DNA of 64,000 bases from Octopus vulgaris (Eukaryota): NCBI GenBank assembly GCA_951406725.2, contig OX597818.1, forward strand, positions 76,694,001 through 76,758,000. The letters run 5' to 3'. Both the position numbers and the translations under genes were made by a program. The notes under the pieces are model-generated. The model had not been told where the DNA came from, ran no database searches, and saw nothing but the letters and a program-made list of their open reading frames with translations. Shown here piece by piece: positions 1 through 12,764 of the stretch (position 1 is its first letter; each line of letters starts with the position of its first letter).

Positions 1-465
1 ATCACATCCTTGTATCTCAGTCCACTCTACTCTGACTACTCGTATTGCTGGCCAGCTGTAAATAGAACATTTGTCTTGGTACTTGAATTCTTCCATTCTT
101 TGCACATTCTCAAACCAGCAGATGTTTCACTGTATCTATATCTCTTTATGTTGCCCAAACTCTTTCTTTCCAGTTGTTGTGTACAATCTCTCTCAGATGT
201 CTCATCATGAACGCATAAACTTTTTACCTATTTACAGACTGACGTTCATGCATCCAAATTCATACACCAAGGTGGATAATGTTATTGATCACTACACTTC
301 ATACTTCACTGGGTCTGTAGCATGCTTACTGCTTCAAGCTTCCTCTCTCAATCCTCCAAATGCCAAGGTAGCCTTCCCTATCTGGTGATCTAGTTTATCT
401 GGTCTGTATAACTACTACTGATTTTACTACCCAGATAGGTAAAGGGGTTAACTCTTCTCAAGTTA
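1..465 (-). mobile_element. Decayed RTE-clade LINE fragment (C-terminal part of RT ORF), runs off the window start
   Basis: Minus-strand translation across stops and frameshifts gives FTYLGSKISS...IGKATLAFGGLRE...LSTLVY...WFENVQRMEE...LRYKDV, matching the RTE pattern FTYLGS / RIGKA..AFG.L / LRW.GHV.RM / RYKD. Confidence 0.75.
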
Positions 466-1535
466 TATATATCATCATCATTATCATCATAATGTCCCCT
501 TTTAAATGTTTTCATGGGTCAGATGGAGTTATAATTTTTTTTAGCTGGACACCTTCTTGTTGCCAGCCCTTGTTTTCAAGCAAGATAATATTTCCCCCAT
601 CACTAGGCATGTTTTTACAGAATATTGGAAATAAATGACACTGCATGTATTTCAGTAACAACCTTTATAACTGCCCCACTATATCAGTACAAGGTTATAC
701 AAACAGACACACACATACACAATGGGCTTCTTTCAGTTTCTCCCTTTCAAATTTACTCACAAAGCTTCGGTTGGCATGGGACTTTAGTAGGCACTTATCC
801 AAGATACCACTCAGCAGGACTGAACTGGAGACCGTGTGGTTGGGAAATTCTTATCTTAACCACACCACCACACCTATTTAACTGTCTGCCTATCTATCTG
901 TCTCTCTTACTGTATCAACCAAACTATCGTATATCGTTATACACTACTGGTTAGGCAGACAAGCCAACAAGCCCCCACACAGAATGCCAGTCCAACACAG
1001 GATTACCTATTTACAGCTGAGTGGAGTGGAGCAATGTGAAATTAAGTGTTTTGCTCAAAAACACAACACACCACTAGTCAGAGAATCAAAACCATGGTGT
1101 TGTGATCATAAGTGCAACACCCAAACAACTAGGTCATGCACCTTCACATATTTGTGTGTATGTGTGTAATTATGTGTATATGTAATAAATAAGTAGCTTC
1201 TGACAATAAAACTGTCAATATTTGCATTAATTTTGTTTATTTACCTTTCACTGTTTTTGCTTAAAAAAATAGATAAATGAAATCTCACTGATCATATTTG
1301 GTAGCCATCTCAAGAAATCACTTTGGTAAAACAACTTTTTTCCAATTGTAAATTCGAAAACTAATTCTGCTAAAAAACTATTCTCAGGTTAATAATTGTC
1401 ACTAATAAACTAGACAATAATTCAGAAACTTTAAAGCAGAGTCTAGAATTGAACTAACACAAATGTTGCTGTTTAGTAATAGAGTTTTTCTGCTCTAGAC
1501 CGTGGAATTAAGTAGTCCTAACCTTGCTGAAATTA

Positions 1536-1750
1536 ACTCTTTTCATGCAAATCTGAGATCACTCTTGATTCTATGATACAAACTTCCAATTTTAGAGATC
1601 TGAATTAAAATCTTCCATTAAAATTTTGTGTTAATTTATGTTCCAAACACCAGCTTATAATCACAGTTACTTTATTAAATTCTTCATTATTTTCAAAATC
1701 AATGAAAGCAAAGGCATTGTGTTTCAGCAGAAATATAGTAACAAGAGGGC
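1536..1750. mobile_element. Old TTAA-type (piggyBac-like) MITE, family B
   Basis: Starts ttaa|ctctttt and ends aagaggg. Internal sequence (ttctatgatacaaac...aattaaaatcttccattaaaattt...ttaatttatgttccaaacaccag) recurs near 37355-37690 and 58085-58150. Confidence 0.45.
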
Positions 1751-2934
1751 AAAATCAGTCTTTCCTTGTGCCCTATGTAGGTTGAATTTTTGCTGGCCAC
1801 ACATTGCATCAGTTTGATTAGACTATTTCTGTTAAAATATCTCCCTGCTCAGAACTGGTTAAAGTTAACTTAACTACTATAATATGTTAAATATTTGGAA
1901 TGTTAATAGAATAAATACAAGCTTACAGAAGAAGGTATATATTTGAAAAGAAGCAGTGTAGTAAATAGGTACATTGTTGGTCTAACATCTTAATGCGACA
2001 ACACAGAGAGTGCTTTTCAGCTTGTTAAATTGCTAGCTTGTTAATTGATAATGCAACTGTTTGTGATGGTAGTGGTGGTAGCATCAGCAGCAGCAGCTGT
2101 ATAGTGGTTGTAGCAGCAAAACATTGAAATAATTGCTTGATACAGTTAATATCTCTGTCAGAAGATTTTCATTACTTGAACAAAAAAAAAAATTAAAACC
2201 TTGACAAGAGTTGAAGGAAAACCTGGAGAGAATGAACCAGCATTATTGCTAGGTATAAGGCTTAAAAAAACCTAGCCTTCAGCAACACATCAGTGCACTA
2301 GTTACTAGAAATGTTTCTAATTTAGGCACAAGGCCAGTAATTTTGAGGGGAGAAGATTAGTCAGTCCCCATTACATGACTGGTACTTCAGTTTATCAACA
2401 CCAAAAGAGTGAATGGCAAAGTTGATCGCAGTAGGATTTGAGCTCGGAATGTATGAATCAAAACAAATACCGAAAGCATATTTTCTAATGGTCTTACAAA
2501 ACTGCCAGTCAAATAACTTTGAAACAAGAAATAATGCATCTATGGTCAGTGCAGGTGAATATTGCTTATTGGTTCCATTTTTACCATTCACAGTACAAGA
2601 AAGGAACATAGTAAATTATTCTCCTGATGGATTTTGGTAGTGATGCTGAGTGTTATTGTTATTTAGCTCTAGGTAAACTTAAAAAATTTTTTTAGGTGTT
2701 TGTCTTGGACTGTCTTATTAAATGACTATGTTGCTCATTTAACATGTAGGTTGTGATATGAGGGAAATTTAACTGCTGTTTTTAACACATCAAATGACTT
2801 TGTACAGGCTCCAATCATAGAATTCAGAAATGTCATATTATGAAGAAACTGAAAGAAATGAAGACTATTGGAGGAAGATTGTCAAAATTGTATTATTCGT
2901 AAATTGAAACATTAAACATATATTTTTATACCAC

Positions 2935-3352
2935 TGGGTATTAAGAAGTTCACTTCCCAATCATGTGGTTTTGGGTTCAATCCCACTGCATGGTGCCCTG
3001 GGCAAATGTCTTCTACATCATTCCCAGGTTGACCAATGCCTCGTGAGTAGATTTGATAGATGGAAACTGAAAGAGTCTCATTCTGTATATGTGAATGTAC
3101 CTGTGTGTGTGTGCGTTAGTGTTTCCTTTTTTTGACATCACATGATAAACTATAAACAAGTGTCACCATTATAAAAGTGCAGTCATTCATTTCCAATTTT
3201 CCTTGGAAACATGCTTGATCATGGAGGAATATTACCTTGTATGGAAACAAGTGAGGCTTGGCAAAAGGAAGGGCACTTAGCCATAGGAAATCTGCCTCAA
3301 CAAATTCTATCTGATGCATACAAGTGTGGATAGATGGATGTTAAAACGATGA
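2935..3352 (+). mobile_element. tRNA-derived SINE, composite type (common head + (TG)n + body + RTE-like 3' tail ending gatgat)
   Basis: Head with B-box-like gggttcaatccc and ctgggcaaatgtcttcta. Tail ggaagggca...aaatctgcctc...ggatgttaaaacgatgat resembles the RTE 3' ends in this window. Related copies near 22360-22950, 40469-41175, 44290-44655 (-) and 57370-57680 (-). Confidence 0.75.
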
Positions 3353-4610
3353 TATACTCTCCACCCTTCTTTATTTATGCTCAGCTTAGTTTGTCTAAAT
3401 TAAGTAACGGGGACTGTAGTAAGATTTGAACCCTTGACCTTTAAATAAATATTTAAGTGTCATGACCTCTCTACTGACATATGCTGGGTTATCAATAGTG
3501 TTAGAAAGAGCTAATCCAACAGATAAGAGAGGTAGATGAAATACATAGTGGAAAGGTTATTACTGCTGACAAGGAAGCAACTTAAATATGTTACATATCG
3601 CAAATCTGTTGCATAAAACAAATATAATTAAGTGCAGGCTACCATATTTGAGGAACTGAGCCCCAAAAGTAACTCTTAATCATTTGAAATTATAGCTGCA
3701 ATGAGAATACCTTTCATTAGCATTAACGAAAATTTCTTTTCAGCAGAGACTAGAGAGAAAACTTCCAAATTTTCAGTTGATCAAAAGTTGAATTATATAG
3801 CTGGATGGTTAATGAGAAGTTTAGTATCTATGGTGACAATGTTACACATATTTCAGTTGTATTGGGTCTCCTCAGTTTGTATGGTCTTATGTATGATATA
3901 ATCGATGTGCCACATGTTACAATATGCAATATACTCATCTATATACACAAGTATAAGGTGTTACAAAGAAACTCTTCTTTTGATTAACTCTGACCCTACT
4001 ACACTAGACCAACATTAGTAGAGCTAGGAGCTCTAGTTAACTGATACCTAATCAAACTGTCACCAATGGAAGTCAGCATCATTCCCCATGTTATTTGATG
4101 TTAGCTAACAAGGCTCCTAACCCTTATTATTAGTGTTTAGTCAGCCAATGAAGATAAGCATAATCCATATTATGTTGTGTTAGACAATAGAGAGACAGCC
4201 TGTAATATTGTATTTAGTCAGAAAATAAAGGGACATAATCCTTTTTCATAGTAAAGAGAGTATTAATACCAAAAGGTAAAATATTCACCTCTTAAAAGTG
4301 GATAATGCCAAGGTACCTATCGGTGACAAGGCCAAATGAGGCTGAACTCATGTAATCATGTAGTCCTGGCAGTGGAAGTAGTAGTGATTATCTGCTGCTG
4401 GCAAAAGCTATGATATGCTTTTATGCACCAAAAAAGCATTTGAGGGATTTTTCTGTCTTGGTAAATATCACAGTATTTTTGTGTTCTTATGTAACAACCA
4501 ATTTTAAGTGGTGAATGTTTTACCTTTTTTATAGTGTTTAGTCAATTACTCTGTATCGTTTGTGCCAACTCACAGTCTTCTTTATTTCATTTCTAAATAA
4601 CTTGTATGTA

Positions 4611-4826
4611 CAAGTGGAGTGCTGAAAAAGTTTCTGGCTTTAAAGGGTATCCATAAAAGGCCTAGTTGAAAGCTCAACCGTCTGAGTTCTTTTACAGAGC
4701 TTAGAAAAACTAAAGGACCACTACAATAAGTGAATCTAAGAGGGAAATATGTTGAATAACATCATAATTAACTGATCCTCCTATGCTTTCTTTTAGCCAA
4801 AACCAGGAACTTTTCAGCACACCTTT
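4611..4826 (+). mobile_element. Mariner-derived MITE / internally deleted mariner (irritans/Hsmar2-like ends)
   Basis: TA|caagtggagtgctgaaaaagtttctgg ... ccaggaacttttcagcacacct imperfect terminal inverted repeats (TIRs). Interior retains a degenerate transposase C-terminus (EFF...LEKLKD...NLRGKYVE*). Confidence 0.65.
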
Positions 4827-6086
4827 AATAACATTACTTGCCTACCATTCACTGTAATAATTGCAGGTATAGTAACACACTCTCTTTGGTGTGCTCTTGT
4901 ATAACAAAATCCTATTAATGGATTAAAATGTCCACATTCATTTCAAACATCTATGTTATTAGCAATATCCATAAAACATCATTCAGAAAACGACAACAGT
5001 TCTAGGACTTCAACCAAATACCTGTCACTTGTCAGAAAAAAGTCGTATTTCAGAGCATCCTGTTATTCCTGCCTCTCAAACTAGGTGCTATAAATTATTT
5101 CTGCTATTTAAACTATACTATTTTATCTTCACAAGATAATCCATCTTAAGACTAACAAACTAGGTTATTTTACAAATGTACACCAACACATATAGCAAGG
5201 TATTACAAAGCAATGTTGATGATCTTGAATCAAGTTGACTTTTCAGTCTGTTAAGTATCTGCACTTACGTACGTGAGTGTGATGTCCCAGGATTAAATCA
5301 GCCAGCAACATCGTTCACTCCATCCTCAAGTCAAAAAAATCTGGTGGCGGTGTGGGATTTACAAAACATCATTGTTCGCTAATCTGAAAGTTAAAACTGC
5401 TATTTAACCAATGTGTTAATTATTAGATATTCAAACGTAAGGGACTTTTAATTAAATGACCACATTATCAGTTCTCTTCCTAATTCTTAACAATGTCCTT
5501 GATTAGTCATTAGCATGAGAACCAATATTAATTAAAAGTGCTTTCAGGTAAGTTCATTAAGTTTACTCACTGCAGTGGGTAAACACAGGCATACTTAACA
5601 TGTGCAGTAGCTAACTACACCGAGTGCGTTGTTGTTCTTGTGAGTGGCAGTTTGAGGAGGGACTGTTCACTAGTGTTTATGTTGTTTGCTTCGCTGACAT
5701 GCTGTTGCTCATACAACCAAGTCGACAAGTGTTTTCACAGCTATCAACATTTGATTACTTTTCAATGAGCGCTCTGAATGGTGCAGCACAAGCAAACACC
5801 TCCATCACGAAGCTGTGATATTTTTGTTGAAGCAGTTTAAAATGTTCAAACCAGCTGCACTTGTGGACGGGGGGGAGACACACACATACACATATACACA
5901 CAAACACATATGCACACTCTCTTTCACACGCACTTGTATTCACACACATACTCATATTCACGCACTGACATACACTAGCTTTCATATTCACATGCTTTCT
6001 TACATGCATTTACATACTTCATCACATTAAAACATACAGTCTCATATACACATGCACATATGCTCACTCACAAACACACACACACA

Positions 6087-6146
<60 letters not shown>

Positions 6147-6380
6147 CTCTCTTTCTCAGACATTTAAACATTCACCCACACAAAACAAAATATCTGTAAT
6201 GCCATAACCATTGATGTAGCTCTGCATTCATGTGTGGTGGTGGAGGTGGTGGGGCTGTGGGTGAGAAGTTTACTTCAACCAATATGTAGATTTGTTTGAT
6301 GAAAATTGATAGAATTTGATTGTTTTTTTTTAAATATTACTATTGCGTGTGTGTGCATGTGTGTGTACGTGTGTATGTAA

Positions 6381-6750
6381 AGGCACATGGTTTAGCGGCT
6401 AGCATATCTGCCTTATGACCATTGGTTTAATTCCTGGCAGCTTGTGTCCTTGAGCAAGATGCTTTATTTCATGTTGCTCCAGTACATTCGAGGTACAAGT
6501 CCAGGCAAGGTTGTTTATGGAAGACCAGCAGTCGCCCATGCATACCAGCCTCCCCTCTCCATGCCACCGATGTTGTCCAAGGGTAAGGCAAAGGCCAACA
6601 CTGCTTGGAACCAGTGACGTCACAACTCATTTCTACAGCTGAGTGAACTGGAGCAACGTGAAATAATGTGTCTTGCTCAAGAATGCAACAGCCTGGTTTG
6701 AGAATGGAACTTGTAAGCCTGACACTCTAACCACTGAGCCAGGCACCTTC
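6381..6750. mobile_element. Two inverted SINE pieces of a further tRNA-SINE family (plus-strand head 6381-6486, minus-strand copy ~6490-6750)
   Basis: gtgtccttgagcaagatgctttatttcatgttgctccagt (+) faces actggagcaacgtgaaataatgtgtcttgctcaaga, its reverse complement. Another minus copy lies near 960-1145. Confidence 0.6.
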
Positions 6751-7668
6751 ATACCTAATCCATACAGTCATGGAAAAGTAAACATTAAATAGACAACACT
6801 GATGTATGTACACACACACACAAACACACATACTACTAAGTATAGATGTTGTTTCATTATTAAGTCGTGAAAGTGTCTTATTTCAATAATGGAAACTCAG
6901 AAATGATATTAACAATTTTTATAGTGTTATTCTGATTGTTGTCAGTAATATTGTGAGCAAACCCACCTCAACCGCAGGTCAACTCTAATCAAACAGATCT
7001 GTGATGACAGAGTGACAGACACTTAATAGAGACTTGGCTGCAATTTCTAACATGTCGACAGACCACTTGATAATGGTTATGTTGACATCAATATATAGCT
7101 GCTTTAGATTTCATTTTTTTTTCAGTAAACAACAAACATGATGTTGACATTAATATAACATTTATGATGTTGTTGAGCAAAAAAAAAAAGGGATAGTTAT
7201 GTGGGTTTTGTTTATTATTTGTGTTTATGTTTTCTGTTGCAAATATTTTAAAGTTCATACAAGATGTATCTGAAAATCCATAACCACAATTTAATATCAT
7301 TTTGATGGATTCATTGCTCTGCCAGCAGAGACATTTGATCAGAATCTATAGAAAACAAATTAAATTAATTACAGAAACTGAGAGGAGGGTGGTTATTTTA
7401 TTATTGATATCTTTCGTTAATTTTGTCTCATTTATTAATTTAATATCTTTTCTTTAGTTTTTCTTTTTTTTTCTTTTTGTATTGTGCTACTGTCTCTTTA
7501 ACATTGTAATGTAATTGCTTCAATTTCAACACACATTCTCATATCAAATCATTTTGCTATCTTTTTTTATTATTATTATTATTATCTTTACAAAATTCTG
7601 TTGAAACACAGAAAGAATTAAGTGAACACCAACAACAACAACAACAATAATAATAATAATAATAATAA

Positions 7669-8094
7669 TTTCAAATTTTGGTACAAGGCCAGAAATTTCA
7701 GAGGAGATGTTAATTCAATTACATTGAACCAGTGTTCAACTGGTACTTATTTCATCAACCCCAAAAGGATGGAAAGCAAATTCAACCTTGGCAGAATTTG
7801 AACTCAGAATGTAAAGACAGATGAAATGCTGCTAAGCATTTTGACAGGCATGCTAACAATTCTGCCAGCTCACTGCCTTCAATAATAATCCTTTCTACTA
7901 TAGGAACAAGGCCTGAAATTTGGAGGAGGGAGCCAGTCAATTAGATCAACCCCAGTACACAACTGGTACTTGATTTATTGACCCTGAAAGGCAAAGTTGA
8001 CCTTGGCGAAATTTGAACTCAGAACATAGCAATGGGTGAAATACTGCTAAGCATTTCGTCCAGTGAGCTAATGATTCTGCCAGCTTGCCACCTT
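7669..8094 (-). mobile_element. Two tandem copies of a ~210-bp tRNA-derived SINE (family B) embedded in (AAT)n
   Basis: Both copies read on minus as ggc..gagctggcagaat..ttagc...ttctgagttcaaatt..gccaagg...gtaccagtt...aaattt..ggcctt and are flanked by AAT repeats. Same family at 2313-2490, 23717-24378 and 51290-51503. Confidence 0.8.
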
Positions 8095-8128
8095 ACTGCC
8101 TTCAATAATAATAATAATAATAATAATA

Positions 8129-8339
8129 CTTAACTACGAACATGGCTCAGAAAGACTGGTACAAATGTAAAGATAGAACACCTACAAAATTCAGCATTGC
8201 TTGGAACTGCAAGAATTCTTTGCATAGTTCTTGAAGCATGACCAGTAAACAAGTGTCACCTTAGTCTGCTGGCTGTAGACAGCTGACATTTTCCATTATA
8301 CCCAGCAAAATAAGCTGAGAATTTTCTTCAAATAATAAT
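8129..8339 (+). mobile_element. 5'-truncated R4/Dong-clade non-LTR retrotransposon 3' end inserted in (TAA)n
   Basis: 8140-8241 encodes TWLRKTGTNVKIEHLQNSALLGTARILCIVLEA*, the R4/Dong C-terminal LQK.ALLGTA.ILR.VL motif. A ~90-bp 3' UTR follows, and (AAT)n lies on both sides. Confidence 0.8.
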
Positions 8340-10136
8340 GGTAATCCAGAAAAGTTAGCATATTATGCAACATGCTGTTTGCTGTTCTGTTTATGAGTAT
8401 GTGAAATGTTTCTGTTTACTGTTCAGTAATCCATGTTTTTAGTACATCCCTCAGTACTTGTTCTTCATAATATTCACTTTATCCATTCCCAATCTCTAAC
8501 CATTTCTCACTCTACCAAACACTCTTGCAACCTCTACTCACCTACACTTCCTGTTCTGTCCCCACTTACCTTGTATCTTGATGTTCTCTCCTCACATTTC
8601 ATCACCACTACTCTTATCTCTCTCCAGCTCCACCCCAACCACTTGCACCCTCTCCTTTCCAGTGTAAGTAGGTACGTATCTCCCCAATTACATGAAACTT
8701 TTTCTTGTCCCTACCCTCATACTCATCTCCAAGCATAAAGCCAACTCCCTCTCTACTGTAGCCCATGGTGACCATGACCAGAATCTTTGGAGTTTCGTAA
8801 TGACCTCACTAATGTTGATGTCATGAAAAAAGCACCCAATACACTTGTTAAGTGATTGATGTTAGGAAGGCCATTAAACCATAGAAATCATGCCAAAGCT
8901 GACATTGGAACATGATGCAGTCTTCAGATCCATCATATCCAGTCAAACCGTCCAACCCATGTCAGCATGGAAGGCAAATATTAAACGAAGATGATGATGT
9001 AAAAGAATGTGAGGTTGTCCTGAATCTCCTCTGCAACGACAGATCTGTTCCTGCTTACTCCATCATTCTTTTAACCGCTCTGCATGTCACTTTAAGTGAC
9101 CACCCTATGAGCTAGCCTCCCTCACAATGAAGGAACCTATTTAGCCTTACAGGTTACAAGTTGAAAAATTACCCAGTACACTGGTTGCTGTTAGGAGGGA
9201 CATTCAGCTGTAGAAACTACTCCAAAACTTGAACACTGGTGTAATAATAATTTACTGTTTTATTATCATTGATACTATTTTAATTACTGTTAATTATTAT
9301 ATAATAATTGGCTGTTATGTTATTGATTTTATGATAATTAACTATTATATTATTGATTTTAAAATATATAACTATTACATTATTGATTTTATAATAATTA
9401 ACTAGTATTGATTTTATTTTAATTAGCTATTGTATTATTGATTTTGTAATAATTAACCATTTTATTATTGATTTTGTATTAATTAACTATTATATTATTG
9501 ATTTTATAATTACTGTTATATTATTGATTCAGTTTATTCTCATCACAGAAAACTAAAACTATTGATTAATGAATTATAAAGATAGCTGTTCAGTTCATTA
9601 AGGGAATGACTGCTTAACAGAACAAGTTCGAATATTGCTGTAGGCATTGTATTGTCCTTCAGATCCATTTATCAAAGTGTACAAAATTCAGTCCTGTATA
9701 GCACCAACATCCTAAGTAAATTTAGTTTCCCATCACTAGTTTTTATGGTCTCTGCTGGAAACGTACCTCTGTATCCACTTGGCTACTGTGATCCTATTGA
9801 GTTAAGTTTCTCCTCATCGACACTTGTTACTAGTCTACACAACTTCCTCTCTTTCTTTCTCACTCTCTTTCTAATAGACATCTCACTTCACGTTACATGC
9901 ACTACTGCTAAGGAAAGATATTTGGAGTAAAGAAACAACAGAGTTTATTTTTTTGACATCAGATGAAAATCTATTGACAAATAACATGAGAGGAACAAGA
10001 AGGTTACTCCTTAATTATCAACACTAGTACTCTTGCTCACTACTCTATCATTAACTTTATAACTGTGGTAGTAGACATGCAATATCAGAAGTAAATGATA
10101 AAAACAACAGCAAATAATACTGACAATTTGCTTTAA

Positions 10137-10579
10137 CCCTTTAGTGTTCAGATTATTTAATCAAACATAATGCTTATCGATTCCCATTGATTTGAATTAA
10201 TCATGCATTATCTCATATATTCAAGATCTTGATGGTATAATTACTTAATGTAGAATAACATTGTAGGGTAGGTGTGAGAGCCTGGATCTTGTCAGTTTGA
10301 ACATAAAACGGATTAGCTATTTTGGCCGGATATGGCCGGTTTAAATACTAAAGGGTTAACCCTTTAGTGTTCGCATTATTCTGCCAAAATTAATCCTTTT
10401 TATCCACATTGCCTTGAACTAATTAGGCATTATCTTGGTGTTATGAGATTTTGATGAGGTAGCTGTTAATTTTTAAAACGATATTGTAGGGCTGGTGTGA
10501 GAGACCAGATCTGGCCAGTTTGAATATAAAACAGGTAGAATACTTTTGGCCGGATATGGCCAGTTTAAATGCTAAAGGG
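10137..10579. mobile_element. Two head-to-tail piggyBac-type MITEs (family A, ~220 bp each) sharing a central TTAA
   Basis: TTAA|CCCTTTAG...CTAAAGGG|TTAA|CCCTTTAG...CTAAAGGG|TTAA, with TTAA at 10133-10136, 10356-10359 and 10580-10583. The two bodies are clearly homologous but diverged. Confidence 0.85.
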
Positions 10580-12733
10580 TTAAACATATTCATGAACCTC
10601 AATAAATTGGGGATTTCTCCCCCCTCCCCCCCAGTTAAAATATAAAATCAATTGACTTTTTAGACAATTGTTGTGTAACTAAAGTTATTCTCTGCACCAC
10701 CACCACTGTCATCATTGCCATCACTCACTGTTTTTCACAAACTATCATGAAACAGCAAACAAAGCCAGTTCATTCATGTTATCATTAAAATGTCACTTCT
10801 TCCAACTTCTTTCCAATTTTCACAATGTGTTAGAAATTCCAGACTATCTTCAACAGACAAGAAGTAAATATTTTATTTGGATTCTTTTAGAATACAAATG
10901 TTTAATGCCAGTGTAAAGCATCACTACGGACCCTCTTCACTCCCACTGTAATCGCTTGCATTGTTCTTGGAGGATTAATCAAAATCACTTCAGTAGTTTC
11001 CATAATGCAGGATTCTATAAAATATAGTAATATGTTATTACTGTTAACAGTTGAGTTTATATTACTAAATTGAAGTTCATTTATCTATTCTGTCTGCTAA
11101 GTAATGTCTGATACCTGCTAACACTTTAAAATATAAGGTGTTTATTTACTATGACTATTAATGTAGGATACATTTCCACTTTGATAGTGCAAAAAATTAA
11201 CACTACTTCTTTAACCTTCACAGTTATACAAATTATGGTTATAACGAACTACTAATTATTACAAACTGTATATAGTGAAAATAACAAAAAAAAAAAGGCA
11301 GGGAGCTTCTTATATTGCAAAACAAAGCATGATTTATTAATTCCTCATATTTTGGGTGAGTCACTCATCTACAGAGGATATTTGTCAAAGAAGTGCTAAA
11401 ACCAAAAGGCTGGCTATGTGTATTTGTCAATAACTTCTATATCTCTCTTCATATTGATTTTTTTAATCCACCTAATTACCTCTAATGTACTCAGTAAACA
11501 TTGCCAGGCTTATCTACACAGGTAGTATATTCTGACCATAAAGAAACAGTTTTCAGTTTTGGTTACTAAGTTGATATTCTAATCCAGTGTGATGGCATGT
11601 AACATGCTAATGACAAACACAGATATTATACACATAGATCTAGAGAATTTTCTCTTGCAGTACATTTGATAATAAGTTAAAAATGTCAGCTATCTCTCTA
11701 CTTATCTTGAATATTTCAGTGACATCTTTCACAAATGTGAAGTTTATTAAACATTAGAAAGATTGTTTGGCATTTCATTGATTTTTGTTGTTGAAGATAT
11801 CAGCTACAGCTTGACAATAAATTGTCAAATTGTTTGCCATTTTGTTGAGTGAACTCTAAAGAATGGCAGTATCTAATCATAAAGTTGTCTGTTATATGTT
11901 CTTTTTTTTTTTTTACATCTGGCATGGGTTAGACAGATATATTATTGAGGTATTGTTTTTACAGCTGGATGTCCTTCCTGTCAGTAAACCTTATCTGTTT
12001 TTCAGATAGGGGATTTCTTTCCACACATCTTCAAATGTAAAAAGTGAGCTATTTGTTGACAGGAAAAATTACACCAGCATTTTTAGCCCCTGTCTTTCAT
12101 AGAACCAAATGTAAATAGACACACATGTATAGAGAGACAGACAGATATACGATGGGCTTCTTTTGATTTCCTCCTAAATTTTTGGTTAGCCCTGAAATCA
12201 CTTGCTTAAGGTGCTGTGTAGTGGGATTGAACCCAAAACCACATGTTTGGGAAGCAAACTTTTTAACCATGCACCTATGCCTGCACCTATGGTGATAATA
12301 TGTATTGATATAAAATAGATGAATCAGTTTGTGCCATGGTTTAGTCAGGATGGGGATAGAGTATTGCAGCACATACTACCTGTGGATAGACAGGCAATGC
12401 TTATTGGGTAACAGTAAATGGGGTGGAATAGAGGTGATTAATATTCAGAATAAATGTAAGACTTATTTATATATTTGGCTCCCTTCTAATCCTTACTCCT
12501 CTTTATAAAAGAACTCTGGGCACATCTGATCGTGGAATGACTACTATATTGGTGAGTTGGAGATTTCATAGTGAATTATCTTTTAGCATCTCTAGTCCTC
12601 TGATAGGTGCTTCTTTATAAAAAGGGGATCTAGCAACAAACCTAATCTACATTTCTATGATGTCAACATATAATCCATTAGGTTTCATAGTTTCCTCTTT
12701 CAATAGACATGTGGCAAACAAATGTCATATTCC

Positions 12734-12764
<31 letters not shown>

